A stretch of 62,448 bases of DNA, counting the filler. It is 4 parts of 4 records of this genome, joined end to end, with 100 filler letters (N's around TTAATTAATTAA, not from the genome) between each part and the next. Parts side by side here need not be neighbours in the genome. Positions count along the whole stretch, not along the records: positions 1 to 23,938 come from SRR22947725_2359; 3 more parts are not named here. One strand, 5' to 3'. Each line of letters opens with the position of its first letter. The first letter of the stretch is position 1. Shown piece after piece: positions 1 to 9,637 of this stretch. A model generated the notes under the pieces. The model worked only from the letters and a program-made list of their open reading frames with translations. It searched no databases and had not been told where the DNA came from. The translations under genes were made by a program, and so were the position numbers.

Positions 1-498
1 GCAAAAGGCGCAAAATTTATCACAGCCTTCTTGCACCGTCAAAAACGCGGTGGGGCCGCGTTTGGCCTTGGGCCGGCTGGCGAGATGGTCAAACTTATCT
101 TCCTCGGGAAACTCCGTATCCAAAGCGCGCTTGCCGCTTTGCACCCGCGCCTCCATCTGCGGCAATTTATGATAGGATTGCGGGCCCACCACCAAATCAA
201 CCATCGGCTGCCGGCGAATAATTTCCGCCCCTTCCGCCTGTGCCACGCAGCCAGCGACGCCAATTTTCAACCCCGGCTTTGCGGTTTTCAATCCACGAAA
301 CTTGCCCAATTCCGAATAGATCTTCTCGGCGGCCTTCTCGCGAATATGGCAGGTATTGAGCAAGATCATATCGGCATCATCGGCTGTATCTGTCTGCACA
401 TAGCCCTGGGCGCCAAGGGTTTCGGCCATCCGCTCGCTGTCATAGACATTCATTTGACAGCCATATGTCTTGATAAACAGCTTTTTGGTATCGGCCAT
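1..498 (-). CDS. miaB: tRNA-2-methylthio-N6-dimethylallyladenosine synthase MiaB, N-terminal part (runs off window start)
   Basis: Absent from the ORF track. Manual translation from ATG 498 gives [24 protein letters not shown]...[10 protein letters not shown]...GCVAQ...[16 protein letters not shown]0004 domain plus radical-SAM CxxxCxxC motif. Confidence 0.95.
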   Translation of the reverse strand, partial: MADTKKLFIKTYGCQMNVYDSERMAETLGAQGYVQTDTADDADMILLNTCHIREKAAEKIYSELGKFRGLKTAKPGLKIGVAGCVAQAEGAEIIRRQPMVDLVVGPQSYHKLPQMEARVQSGKRALDTEFPEEDKFDHLASRPKAKRGPTAFLTVQEGCDKFCAFC

Positions 499-613
499 GG
501 TCAAATCCTTTTTCGGCAGGGCATGCGTGCGGCGCTGATACCGCGTGAATTCCTCCCTTGCAATGCGTGTGAATTTAAGGGATTTTATCGCAAAATTTTA
601 TTTAGGCAATTTC

Positions 614-1477
614 ATGCAGTTCCCAACGCTGAAGACGTATTTAAACTGGGCCAAAGCCCATGCGCCCAAAGGCCCTTTTGCTTTTATATTTGCACAAGAC
701 GATATCGAGCTGACCCATACAGTCGCCCATCATATCAAATTAGGGTTCCGTCAGACGGTGGTGCTGGCCGATGTTCCATTTACCCGCCCCGCAGATCTGC
801 CGGCTGAAGTGACCTTCATTGCGCGGGCTGCAAAATCCTCCTCCGATATCAGCCAAGAGATGAATGCCATCATCTCCGCCCTGCCCCAACAATGGATTTA
901 TTGCGGCTACAATGGCGAATATTTATTTTATCCATTTTGCGAATCCCGCAGCATTGGGGAGATCATCGCCTTCAACACCGAAGAGCGCCGCAAAACGATC
1001 GCCACGACTGTGGTGGACCTCTATGCGGGGCATTTGGGACACAGCCCGCATGGGGTGGATGTCACAAACGCCTATTTCGATCGGCTTGGGTATTACGCAG
1101 AAACCCGGCGGGATGCCGAACACAGGCCGCTTGAGCAGCAACTCAATATCTACGGCGGTTTGCGGTGGCGCTTTGAGGAGCATGTTCCATGGCACAAAAG
1201 GCGCATTGATCGCGTGGCTCTTTTTCAAAGCCTGCGTGGGTTAAAATTCCAGCCTGATTTCACCTTCAACCTACCAGAGTTCAACACAATTTCTTGCCCT
1301 TGGCACCACAACCTGACCGCCTCAGTTTGCTCGTTTCGGGCCGCCAAAGCGTTGCGTCATAATCCCGGCAGCCGCCATGCCATTTCCAGTTTTCGCTGGC
1401 CGGGATCGGAACAGTTTAAATGGCATTCACAGCAATTGATGGATCTGGGTTTTATGGAACCGAGGCAGTGGTTTTAA
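614..1477 (+). CDS. Conserved hypothetical protein, possibly glycosyltransferase-family-2-like
   Basis: Long ORF (track 545..1477); ATG 614 (MQFPTL) is the likelier start. Lies between miaB and irr. The fold guess is weak. Confidence 0.7.
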   Translation: MQFPTLKTYLNWAKAHAPKGPFAFIFAQDDIELTHTVAHHIKLGFRQTVVLADVPFTRPADLPAEVTFIARAAKSSSDISQEMNAIISALPQQWIYCGYNGEYLFYPFCESRSIGEIIAFNTEERRKTIATTVVDLYAGHLGHSPHGVDVTNAYFDRLGYYAETRRDAEHRPLEQQLNIYGGLRWRFEEHVPWHKRRIDRVALFQSLRGLKFQPDFTFNLPEFNTISCPWHHNLTASVCSFRAAKALRHNPGSRHAISSFRWPGSEQFKWHSQQLMDLGFMEPRQWF

Positions 1478-1485
1478 GCCAAGTG

Positions 1486-1920
1486 CTAAGACTTGCGGCG
1501 CAGCCGAATAACCACATCGACTTTAGCAATTTCCGCCCCCTCTGGTGCGTCAGGCAGTGCCAAGATTTTTAATTGGTCTGCCGGGGCGTCCACCAACTCG
1601 GCGCTGTCTTCCCAATAAAAATGTGGATGATCCGTCATATTGGTGTCGAAATAGCTTTTCGCGCCATCCACAGTAATTTCACGCATCAAACCCGCATCAC
1701 AAAAGGCCCGCAGAGTATTATAGACCGTAGCCAAAGAGACCTTATCGGCGTGATCATTGCTCGCGGCAAACAGGCTTTCGGCGGTTACATGCCGATTTTT
1801 GCCATCTCCGATCAAGCGCCGCGCCAAAATCACCCGCTGCCGCGTTGGACGCAACCCGCCCTTGGCCAACCATTGGTCGACGAGCCGATGAGTTTCAACC
1901 TGAGCGTTTGTGTGATCCAT
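1486..1920 (-). CDS. irr: Fur-family iron response regulator Irr
   Basis: GLRPTRQR, HVTAE, SLATVYNTL, YFDTN..DHPHF motifs; divergent from fabA as is typical in alphaproteobacteria. Confidence 0.9.
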   Translation of the reverse strand: MDHTNAQVETHRLVDQWLAKGGLRPTRQRVILARRLIGDGKNRHVTAESLFAASNDHADKVSLATVYNTLRAFCDAGLMREITVDGAKSYFDTNMTDHPHFYWEDSAELVDAPADQLKILALPDAPEGAEIAKVDVVIRLRRKS

Positions 1921-2076
1921 GGGCCCAATATGACGCCTTGGGACTAATTTTCAATGGCAAAAGTTCAAAATATCAGCCAGCATAGTGAAATCATAAGGCC
2001 CAGGCGGCCTTGCCTCATGCCCTCAGACGTATATAGAGCTGTAAGCAAAACCGTTACACTAAAGCAGGAGCCCAAT

Positions 2077-2586
2077 ATGCCATCAGATTTTCCGACCTCT
2101 TTCGACAAAGACGGTCTTTTGAAATGCGCCCGTGGTGAGCTCTTCGGCCAGGGCAATGCGCAATTGCCCGAACCGCCAATGTTGATGATGGACCGCGTGA
2201 CGGAGATCAGCAGCGATGGTGGTCTGCACGGCAAGGGGCATGTCATTGCCGAATTCGACATTCATCCTGAGCTTTGGTTTTTTAAGTGCCACTTCCCGGG
2301 CGACCCGGTTATGCCCGGCTGTCTGGGGCTGGATGCGCTGTGGCAGTTGACCGGATTTAACTTAGGCTGGCGCGGCATGCCGGGGCGCGGACGGGCCTTG
2401 GGTGTTGGCGAGGTGAAATTCACGGATATGGTCACCCCAGAGGTCAAAATGATCACCTATCATGTTGACTTCACGCGTGTTATCGATCGTAAGCTGAAAC
2501 TGGGCATGGCGGACGGCCGCATGTTTGCAGATGGCAAAGAAATTTATACAACTGCCAATATGAAAGTTGGCTTGTTCACCGATTAA
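2077..2586 (+). CDS. fabA: 3-hydroxydecanoyl-ACP dehydratase/isomerase
   Basis: [24 protein letters not shown] signature; AGGAG RBS before ATG 2077. Confidence 0.96.
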   Translation: MPSDFPTSFDKDGLLKCARGELFGQGNAQLPEPPMLMMDRVTEISSDGGLHGKGHVIAEFDIHPELWFFKCHFPGDPVMPGCLGLDALWQLTGFNLGWRGMPGRGRALGVGEVKFTDMVTPEVKMITYHVDFTRVIDRKLKLGMADGRMFADGKEIYTTANMKVGLFTD

Positions 2587-2600
2587 ACTAAGGGGATCAC

Positions 2601-3830
2601 ATGCGCCGTGTAGTCATCACAGGCCTGGGTATTGTCTCACCCATTGGCAATAATTTCGACGAAGTGACCGATGCGCTGAAAGCGGGTCGGTCTGGGATTG
2701 CTTTTGAACCAGAATATGCCGAGAACGGCTTTCGTAGCCGGGTTGCAGGCATTCCTAAAATCAACCCTGCTGATCATATAGATAAGCGCCACATGCGCTT
2801 TATGGGCACGGGTGCAGGCTACAACTATCTGGCCATGGAGCAGGCAATTGCCGATTCCGGCCTTGAGGAAAATGAAGTCTCAAATGTCCGCACCGGGTTG
2901 ATCATGGGCTCTGGTGGCCCTTCGACCGCGAATTTTCACGCGGCCTTTGATGTGGTGAAAAACCGCGGTGGACCAAAACGCATGGGCCCCTTCATGGTGA
3001 CGCGCTGCATGAGCTCTGCCCATTCTGCGACTCTGGCCACGCCTTTTAAGATCAAAGGCTTGAACTACTCCATCACCTCCGCCTGCGCCACTTCGGCCCA
3101 TTGCATCGGCAATGCGATGGAGCAAATTCAGCTCGGCAAACAAGATGTGGTCTTTGCGGGCGGTGGCGAAGAGGTGCATTGGTCCCTCTCCTGCCTGTTT
3201 GATGCGATGAACGCGATGTCATCGAAGTACAACGATACGCCTGAGGCGGCCTCACGCCCCTATGATGCCAACCGCGATGGGTTTGTGATCGCCGGCGGCG
3301 GCGGTGTCTTGGTGCTCGAAGAATTGGAACATGCCAAAGCGCGCGGCGCGAAAATCTACGCGGAGCTGACCGGCTATGGCGCCACCTCTGACGGGGCCGA
3401 TATGGTGGCCCCCTCCGGTGAAGGTGGCGAGCGCTCTATGCGTCAAGCTCTAGCCATGTTGGATCCCGACCGAAAGGTGAGCTACATCAACGCCCATGGC
3501 ACCTCGACACCAGCTGGCGATGTGACCGAAGTGCAGGCCGTGCGTAATATTTTTGGTCAAGGATCAACTCCGCCGATCTCCTCGACCAAATCCTTGACAG
3601 GGCATTCTTTGGGCGCAACCTCGGTTCACGAAGCGATCTACTCGCTCTCGATGATGCAAAACAGCTTCATTTCAGCCTCTGCGAACGTGCAAGAGCTCGA
3701 TCCGGCGCTGGATGCCTCAGAGATTGTCACCACACGGCAAGACGATGTCGAGCTTGATACAATTCTTTCCAACAGCTTTGGCTTTGGTGGCACAAATGCG
3801 ACCTTAATCATGAGCAAATTTAACGGATAA
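2601..3830 (+). CDS. fabB: Beta-ketoacyl-ACP synthase I
   Basis: [18 protein letters not shown] (catalytic Cys), [22 protein letters not shown]. Confidence 0.96.
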   Translation: MRRVVITGLGIVSPIGNNFDEVTDALKAGRSGIAFEPEYAENGFRSRVAGIPKINPADHIDKRHMRFMGTGAGYNYLAMEQAIADSGLEENEVSNVRTGLIMGSGGPSTANFHAAFDVVKNRGGPKRMGPFMVTRCMSSAHSATLATPFKIKGLNYSITSACATSAHCIGNAMEQIQLGKQDVVFAGGGEEVHWSLSCLFDAMNAMSSKYNDTPEAASRPYDANRDGFVIAGGGGVLVLEELEHAKARGAKIYAELTGYGATSDGADMVAPSGEGGERSMRQALAMLDPDRKVSYINAHGTSTPAGDVTEVQAVRNIFGQGSTPPISSTKSLTGHSLGATSVHEAIYSLSMMQNSFISASANVQELDPALDASEIVTTRQDDVELDTILSNSFGFGGTNATLIMSKFNG

Positions 3831-3834
3831 AATC

Positions 3835-4623
3835 ATGGCAGAACTTCTTAAAGGAAAACGCGGTCTGATCACCGGAATTGCAAATGATCGCTCCATTGCT
3901 TGGGGCATCGCGGAGGCTATGAAGGCCGAGGGTGCAGAATTGGCCTTTGGCGTGCAAATGGATGTCTTTGGTGAGAAAGTCAAACCTTTGGCGGCCAATA
4001 TGGGTGTGGATCTTGTGCTGGATTATAACGTGCAAGACGATGCCAGCACGCAAGCGGCCTTTGACACATTGGCCGATAAATGGGGCGGGCTGGATTTCGC
4101 TGTGCATGCCATCGCCTATTCCGACAAGAGCGAATTGACCGGACGGTTCATCAATACCAGCCGCGAAAACTTCAAAAGCTCTCTAGAAATCTCGGCCTAT
4201 TCCTTCATCGACATGGCCAAGAAAGCTGAGCCATTGATGAAAGATGGCGGCACTTTGATCACGTTGACCTATCAGGGCAGCCGCAAGGCCACCCCTTGGT
4301 ATAACGTCATGGGCGTGGCGAAAGCGGCGCTGGAATCGGCAGTGGTCTATCTGGCCAATGATTTGGGCCCGCAAAAAATTCGTGTGAATGCGATTTCTCC
4401 CGGCCCGATGAAAACCCTCTCTGGCGCGGCCATTGGCGGCGCGCGCAAGACCTTCCGCTTCACCGAAGCCAACACGCCCCTGCGCGCCAATGCCACCAAA
4501 GCCTCTATCGGCGGCACCGCTGTCTATTTGGCATCAGATTATGGCGAATGCACCACCGGCGAGACCATTATGGTGGATGGCGGTCTTCATATCCTGGGCC
4601 TGCCACAGCCCGAGAATTTCTAA
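3835..4623 (+). CDS. fabI: Enoyl-ACP reductase
   Basis: GIANDRSIAWGIA, YNVMGVAKAALE, RVNAISPGP; in operon with fabAB. Confidence 0.95.
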   Translation: MAELLKGKRGLITGIANDRSIAWGIAEAMKAEGAELAFGVQMDVFGEKVKPLAANMGVDLVLDYNVQDDASTQAAFDTLADKWGGLDFAVHAIAYSDKSELTGRFINTSRENFKSSLEISAYSFIDMAKKAEPLMKDGGTLITLTYQGSRKATPWYNVMGVAKAALESAVVYLANDLGPQKIRVNAISPGPMKTLSGAAIGGARKTFRFTEANTPLRANATKASIGGTAVYLASDYGECTTGETIMVDGGLHILGLPQPENF

Positions 4624-4640
4624 GACCTCCGGGGTCTTAG
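4620..4640. terminator. Hairpin between convergent fabI and threonine dehydratase genes
   Basis: CTAAGACCT-ccg-GGGTCTTAG inverted repeat at the fabI stop; no strong U-tract. Confidence 0.45.
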
Positions 4641-4671
4641 ATACTGTGTCAAAAGACATCGCCCGGCTTGC

Positions 4672-5649
4672 CTAGGGGCTGGGATAGGTCTCTAGCGCGC
4701 GGGTGAACATCTGTGCATCTATATTGCCACCCGAGGCGATGCAGATCACATGCTCACCGCTCAGCTGCTCCCCATGATAGAGTGCAGCGGCCAGAGCAAT
4801 GGCTCCACCGGGTTCGAGCACAAGTTTAAACCGGCTAAAGGCCACAGAGATGGCCCGCAGGCAATCTTCTTCCGGCACAACGATGCCCGGCCCGCAAAGC
4901 TCGTGCATGAGCGGAAAGGTCATTTCCCCAGGGCTGCGGGTGACAATGGCATCGCAAATGCTGCCGCCGCTGCGGGTGTTGCTTTCCCGGCGACCGCTTT
5001 GTAGCGAACGGGTCACGTCATCGAAATCCACGGGCTCCACAGGCCGCACGCGCATATCAGGCGCCTCCTGCTCCAGCGCCAATGCGACCCCAGAGATCAA
5101 ACCGCCGCCGCCGCAACAGACCAAGACATCAGCCTTGGCAATCCCAACCTCCGCTGCTTGCGCGGCTATTTCCAGCCCGCAGGTGCCCTGCCCGGCAATG
5201 ACCTCAGGCGCATCATAGGGTTTGATCAGGCTCAAACCACGCGCCTCAGCCAGGGCCGCGCCGATGGCCTCACGGTCCTCGTGGTCTCGGTCATATAAAA
5301 TCACCTCAGCCCCCAGCGCGCGGGTGTTCTCAACCTTCAATCGGGGGGCATCTTTCGGCATCACAATAACCGCCGGCACCCCATGCAGACGGGCGGCCAG
5401 CGCCACGCCCTGCGCATGATTGCCCGACGAATAGGCAATGACGCCCGCCGAGCGCACCTCAGCTGCGAGGGCCGAGACCGCAGACCAACCGCCACGAAAC
5501 TTAAATGATCCAGTATGTTGCAAAGCCTCCGCCTTGACCCAGACCCGCCGCCCGGCGATCTCATCGACAAAGGCAGAATTGAGCAGCGGGGTGCGCCGCG
5601 CCTGGCCTTCCAGCCGCTGCGCCGCGGCCCGTATCATCTCTATATTCAT
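4672..5649 (-). CDS. PLP-dependent threonine/serine dehydratase family protein
   Basis: TGSFKFRG PLP lysine motif, SSGNHAQG, GGGGL, SGGN; no regulatory domain. Confidence 0.9.
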   Translation of the reverse strand: MNIEMIRAAAQRLEGQARRTPLLNSAFVDEIAGRRVWVKAEALQHTGSFKFRGGWSAVSALAAEVRSAGVIAYSSGNHAQGVALAARLHGVPAVIVMPKDAPRLKVENTRALGAEVILYDRDHEDREAIGAALAEARGLSLIKPYDAPEVIAGQGTCGLEIAAQAAEVGIAKADVLVCCGGGGLISGVALALEQEAPDMRVRPVEPVDFDDVTRSLQSGRRESNTRSGGSICDAIVTRSPGEMTFPLMHELCGPGIVVPEEDCLRAISVAFSRFKLVLEPGGAIALAAALYHGEQLSGEHVICIASGGNIDAQMFTRALETYPSP

Positions 5650-5652
5650 CTT

Positions 5653-6336
5653 TCATACCCCTGCTATTTGAGGAATCCCGGTTAAATCTCGCAATTGATA
5701 GTGCGGTGTCCATGGCAGGCGATCAACCGGCTCACCGCTGCGATTCACCCAAGCGGTTGCGAAGCCATATTCCGCCGCCGCCGCCGCATCCCAACCATTG
5801 GAGGAGACAAAAAGCACCTCCCCTGCCCCACATCCGAAATGGCTTTCGACCAGGTCATAGACCCGGCGGTCTGGCTTGAAAATTCCAACAGATTCAACAG
5901 ACAAAACCGCATCGAGCCGATCTGAAAGCCCGGCAGAGACAACGGCACCCTCCAACATATCAGGCGAGCCATTGGACAAAATAGCCGTGTTGAGCCCCGC
6001 CGCCTTGAGGGCCGCGAGCATCGCTGGCACTTCCTCATAGGCTGCAAGACTCCAATAGAGATCCAGCAAGTCTTTGCGCAGGCGCGCCCCCGAGACCCCA
6101 TTGGCCTCCATCGCCCAATCCAGCCCATCTTGGGTCACCTGCCAAAAATCAGTATGAGCGCCCATCACAGCCCGCAACCAACTGTATTGCAGCTGTTTCA
6201 GGCGCCAGTCTCCAGCCAATTTAGCCCAATTTTCAGCAATTTCGGAATTCTCCGGGCGACTGGCAGCTTGGCGGGCGGCCGAGGCCACATCGAACAAAGT
6301 CCCATAGGCGTCAAAGACGCAGGTTGTGATAGCCAT
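5653..6336 (-). CDS. Haloacid dehalogenase type II (HAD superfamily)
   Basis: FDAYGTLFD, ILSNG, FKP, VSSNGWD; ATG 6336 follows a GGAGGA RBS. Confidence 0.92.
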   Translation of the reverse strand: MAITTCVFDAYGTLFDVASAARQAASRPENSEIAENWAKLAGDWRLKQLQYSWLRAVMGAHTDFWQVTQDGLDWAMEANGVSGARLRKDLLDLYWSLAAYEEVPAMLAALKAAGLNTAILSNGSPDMLEGAVVSAGLSDRLDAVLSVESVGIFKPDRRVYDLVESHFGCGAGEVLFVSSNGWDAAAAAEYGFATAWVNRSGEPVDRLPWTPHYQLRDLTGIPQIAGV

Positions 6337-6393
6337 AGAATCCTCCATAAGATGAGGCCAACGATAGCGACAATCGGCGAAAGGGGAAGAGAC

Positions 6394-7182
6394 ATGCACG
6401 TCTTCGACAAATCTGGAATGCATATTCATTATCGCGATGAGGGCGACCCGCAGGGCGCTCCGTTGGTCTTTTCCAACTCATTGGGCACGGATATGCGCCT
6501 GTGGGATCAGATTATGCCCTTGCTGCCCGCCGGTCTGCGTATCATTCGTTATGACATGCGGGGGCACGGTCTGAGCGATTGTCCAGAGGCGCCCTATTCT
6601 ATGGGTGCCCTGATTTCTGATGCTGAAGCTCTGCTTGATCATTTGCAAATTACGTCCTGCCTCTTTGTTGGCCTGTCCATCGGCGGTATGGTTGCCCAGG
6701 GGCTGGCCAGCAAAAGGTTGGATTTGATCCGAGCCATGGTCCTATCAAACACAGCCGCTAAGATTGCCACCAAAGATATTTGGCAAGACCGGATAGACAG
6801 CATCCGAAGAGACGGCATTGGCCCGGTGGCCGGCGCCACGATGCAGCGGTGGTTTAGCCCTGAAATGCACGGCACGCCGGCGATGGCCCCTTGGGCTAAT
6901 ATGTTGCTGGCCACCCGCGAGGAGGGTTATATTGGCTGCGCCCATGCGATCTCTGGTACAGATTTTATAACCCCAACCTCGGCCCTGCGCTTGCCGGTCA
7001 TGGGCATCGCCGGTGATCACGACAGTTCTACCCCACCGGATTTGGTGCGCGAAACCCTGGAGCTTATCCCCGGCAGCAGCTTTCACATCATCCGCGGCGC
7101 GGGCCATCTGCCCTGCGTTGAACGACCGGCGCAATTTGCCAAACTCTTGGGTGATTTTTTGCGTGCAACCGGACATATCTAA
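6394..7182 (+). CDS. pcaD: 3-oxoadipate enol-lactonase-like alpha/beta hydrolase
   Basis: FSNSLGTD, YDMRGHG, GLSIGG nucleophile elbow, GHLPCVE. No other pca genes nearby, so the real substrate is uncertain. Confidence 0.8.
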   Translation: MHVFDKSGMHIHYRDEGDPQGAPLVFSNSLGTDMRLWDQIMPLLPAGLRIIRYDMRGHGLSDCPEAPYSMGALISDAEALLDHLQITSCLFVGLSIGGMVAQGLASKRLDLIRAMVLSNTAAKIATKDIWQDRIDSIRRDGIGPVAGATMQRWFSPEMHGTPAMAPWANMLLATREEGYIGCAHAISGTDFITPTSALRLPVMGIAGDHDSSTPPDLVRETLELIPGSSFHIIRGAGHLPCVERPAQFAKLLGDFLRATGHI

Positions 7183-7201
7183 GCAATTTAGGATCCCTGG
7201 C

Positions 7202-8428
7202 ATGAACAAACCTCTGGCCTTTACCTTCATCATTGTCACCCTGACAATTGATGCCATGGGCATTGGCCTGATCATTCCTGTGATGCCCGATCTGTTGCAG
7301 GACATTGAAGGCGGAGATCTCGGCCATGCGGCCATTTGGGGCGGGATTCTCTCCATGGTCTTCGCATTGATGCAATTTCTTTTTGGTCCCACCATAGGCT
7401 CGCTAAGTGACCGATACGGGCGCAGGCCGGTGCTGCTGGTCTCCTTGCTGGTCATCGCCGTGGATTATGTCGTCATGGGGCTGGCCCATTCGATCTGGCT
7501 GCTGGTTCTGACCCGCGTCATTGGCGGCATCGCCGCCGCGACCCAAGCCACCGCTGCAGCCTTCATCTCGGACATCTCGACCGCAGAGAACCGCTCCGCC
7601 AATTTCGGCATTCTGGGCGCCTCCTTTGGGGTTGGCTTTGTACTGGGCCCGCTGATCGGTGGTCTTTTGGGCGAATATGGCTTCCGCGTCCCGTTTTTTG
7701 CGGCCGCCGGGCTGGCCAGCCTCAACCTCCTGTTGGGATATTTTGTATTGCCCGAAACGGTGAGCAAAGAGCTGCGCCGCCCGTTTGATCCGGCCCGGGC
7801 CAATCCTTTGGGCGCGCTGGTGCAAATCCGTAAAATCCCCGGCCTGGCGCGATTTTTACTGGTATTTTTTCTCTATGAATTTGCCTTTTACTCCTATCCG
7901 GCGATTTGGGTGTATTACGCCAAAGCACAGTTCCATTGGGAACCCGGCATGGTCGGCCTCTCCTTGGCCTCCTTCGGCATATCCGTGGCCGTCGTCGAAG
8001 GTCTGTTGATCCGCAGGATCTTGCCCTGGCTTGGTGAGCGGCGCACCATCGTCATTGGCTTTATGTTCAATATCGCCATGTTTACCGCTTTGGGCTTTCT
8101 CACCTCTGGGTTTTGGGCACTTATCATCGCGCCCTTTTCCGCGCTTGGCTCGGTTGTGGTGCCCGCCATGCGCGGCATCATGGCCAATAAAGCGGCGGCC
8201 AATCAGCAGGGGGAAGTCCAAGGTATCATCGCCTCAACCCAATCTCTGGCGGTCATTTTTGCCCCGTTGGTGCTGACCTATGTGTTCTATCTCGCCACGC
8301 GTCCCGGCGGGCCGGTCTTTTTGCCGGGTGCGCCGTTTCTTCTGGCCGCGGCCGTGGTGGCGATCACGCTGACCCTCTTTACCACCCGGCCAAGGGGCAG
8401 CATCTCCGGGCAAAATTCCACCCGTTAA
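7202..8428 (+). CDS. TCR/Tet-family MFS transporter
   Basis: IDAMGIGLIIPVMP, GSLSDRYGRRPVL motif A, GFVLGPLIGG motif C; about 12 TM segments. Confidence 0.9.
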   Translation: MNKPLAFTFIIVTLTIDAMGIGLIIPVMPDLLQDIEGGDLGHAAIWGGILSMVFALMQFLFGPTIGSLSDRYGRRPVLLVSLLVIAVDYVVMGLAHSIWLLVLTRVIGGIAAATQATAAAFISDISTAENRSANFGILGASFGVGFVLGPLIGGLLGEYGFRVPFFAAAGLASLNLLLGYFVLPETVSKELRRPFDPARANPLGALVQIRKIPGLARFLLVFFLYEFAFYSYPAIWVYYAKAQFHWEPGMVGLSLASFGISVAVVEGLLIRRILPWLGERRTIVIGFMFNIAMFTALGFLTSGFWALIIAPFSALGSVVVPAMRGIMANKAAANQQGEVQGIIASTQSLAVIFAPLVLTYVFYLATRPGGPVFLPGAPFLLAAAVVAITLTLFTTRPRGSISGQNSTR

Positions 8429-8497
8429 ATGTCGCAAAACCTCTTGCAGGTTTTGCAACAGGCTTTAGCCTCGGGGCAGTTATCTAATGGAGCCGAA

Positions 8498-9583
8498 ATG
8501 ACCCGTATCAAAGCCGCCGTCGCCCATGCCTTTGGCCAGCCTCTTTCCATCGAAGAGGTTGAATTGGCGCGCCCCAACTCTGGGGAAGTTGAAGTCACTC
8601 TCGAGGCCTGCGCCATTTGCCACTCAGACATCACCTATCTGGACGGCGGTTGGGGTGGCTCGCTGCCTGCGGTCTATGGCCATGAGGCGGCGGGACGCAT
8701 TTCTGCACTTGGCGATGGGGTTACGGGGCTGAAGCCCGGTGATGCGGTCGTGGTGACATTGATTCGCTCTTGCGGCACCTGCCCAACCTGCTGCACAGGC
8801 CGGCCCACAGGCTGTGAGGCCGCCTATGACGGGGACAAAGGCCCGCTCTCCATGCCGGACGGCAGCAAATTGCATCAAGCCATGGCCAGCGGGGCCTTTG
8901 CCCAGCGCGTTGTTGTCGCGCAAACTCAGGTCGTGAAAATTGGCGATGATATCCCGATGGATGTGGCCTCTCTCATCGCCTGCGGTGTGATCACCGGTGT
9001 GGGCGCGGTGGTCAATGCCGCTCAAATGCGCCCCGGCCAAGATGCGGTCGTCATCGGCGCGGGCGGGGTTGGTCTCAACGCCATCCAGGGCGCACGGATC
9101 GCGGGCGCTCGGCGCATTGTCGCGGTGGATATGCTGCCCGAAAAGCTCGAGATTGCCATGGAATTTGGCGCAACCCACGGGGTGCTTGCCACGGGTGATG
9201 CCCCTTGGGTTGAGGCGCAACAGGCTCTGGGCCGCGGCGCGGATGCGGTTTTTGTCACTGTGGGTGCCGCGGGCGCCTATACCGCCGCCCCCAATTACCT
9301 CGCCAGTGGCGGCAAGGTCATCATGGTGGGCATGCCCGCGACAGGCGCCGCTTCCTCCTATGAGGCCGGCAATCTTGCGGCGGCCTCTCAGGCCATGATC
9401 GGCTCCAAAATGGGGGATGTGGTGATCCAACGCGACATCCCATGGATCGTGGATCTTTACCGCCAAGGTCGCCTAAAGCTGGACGAGTTAATCTCAGCCC
9501 ATTGGAGCCTTGAGCAAATCAATGAGGCGATCGCGGATACGAAAACTGGATCTGCAAAGCGCAATGTGATCGTGTTTAAGTAG
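8498..9583 (+). CDS. Zn-dependent alcohol dehydrogenase (class III-like MDR)
   Basis: CHSD, GHEAAG, CGTCPTCC...C structural Zn site, GAGGVG; ATG 8498 follows GGAG. Confidence 0.92.
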   Translation: MTRIKAAVAHAFGQPLSIEEVELARPNSGEVEVTLEACAICHSDITYLDGGWGGSLPAVYGHEAAGRISALGDGVTGLKPGDAVVVTLIRSCGTCPTCCTGRPTGCEAAYDGDKGPLSMPDGSKLHQAMASGAFAQRVVVAQTQVVKIGDDIPMDVASLIACGVITGVGAVVNAAQMRPGQDAVVIGAGGVGLNAIQGARIAGARRIVAVDMLPEKLEIAMEFGATHGVLATGDAPWVEAQQALGRGADAVFVTVGAAGAYTAAPNYLASGGKVIMVGMPATGAASSYEAGNLAAASQAMIGSKMGDVVIQRDIPWIVDLYRQGRLKLDELISAHWSLEQINEAIADTKTGSAKRNVIVFK

Positions 9584-9637
9584 TCGGGCACAGGCCTAAA
9601 ACCCGCCGCAGGGCGGCGCAGATATTGGGAGATTGAT

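Noticed and set aside
31..807. 258-aa plus-strand ORF
   Set aside because: Antisense shadow of miaB, which is clearly encoded on the minus strand at 1-498.
7202..8428. Tetracycline resistance gene tetA
   Set aside because: Family resemblance only; no tetR or mobile context, and such MFS genes are common chromosomal genes.
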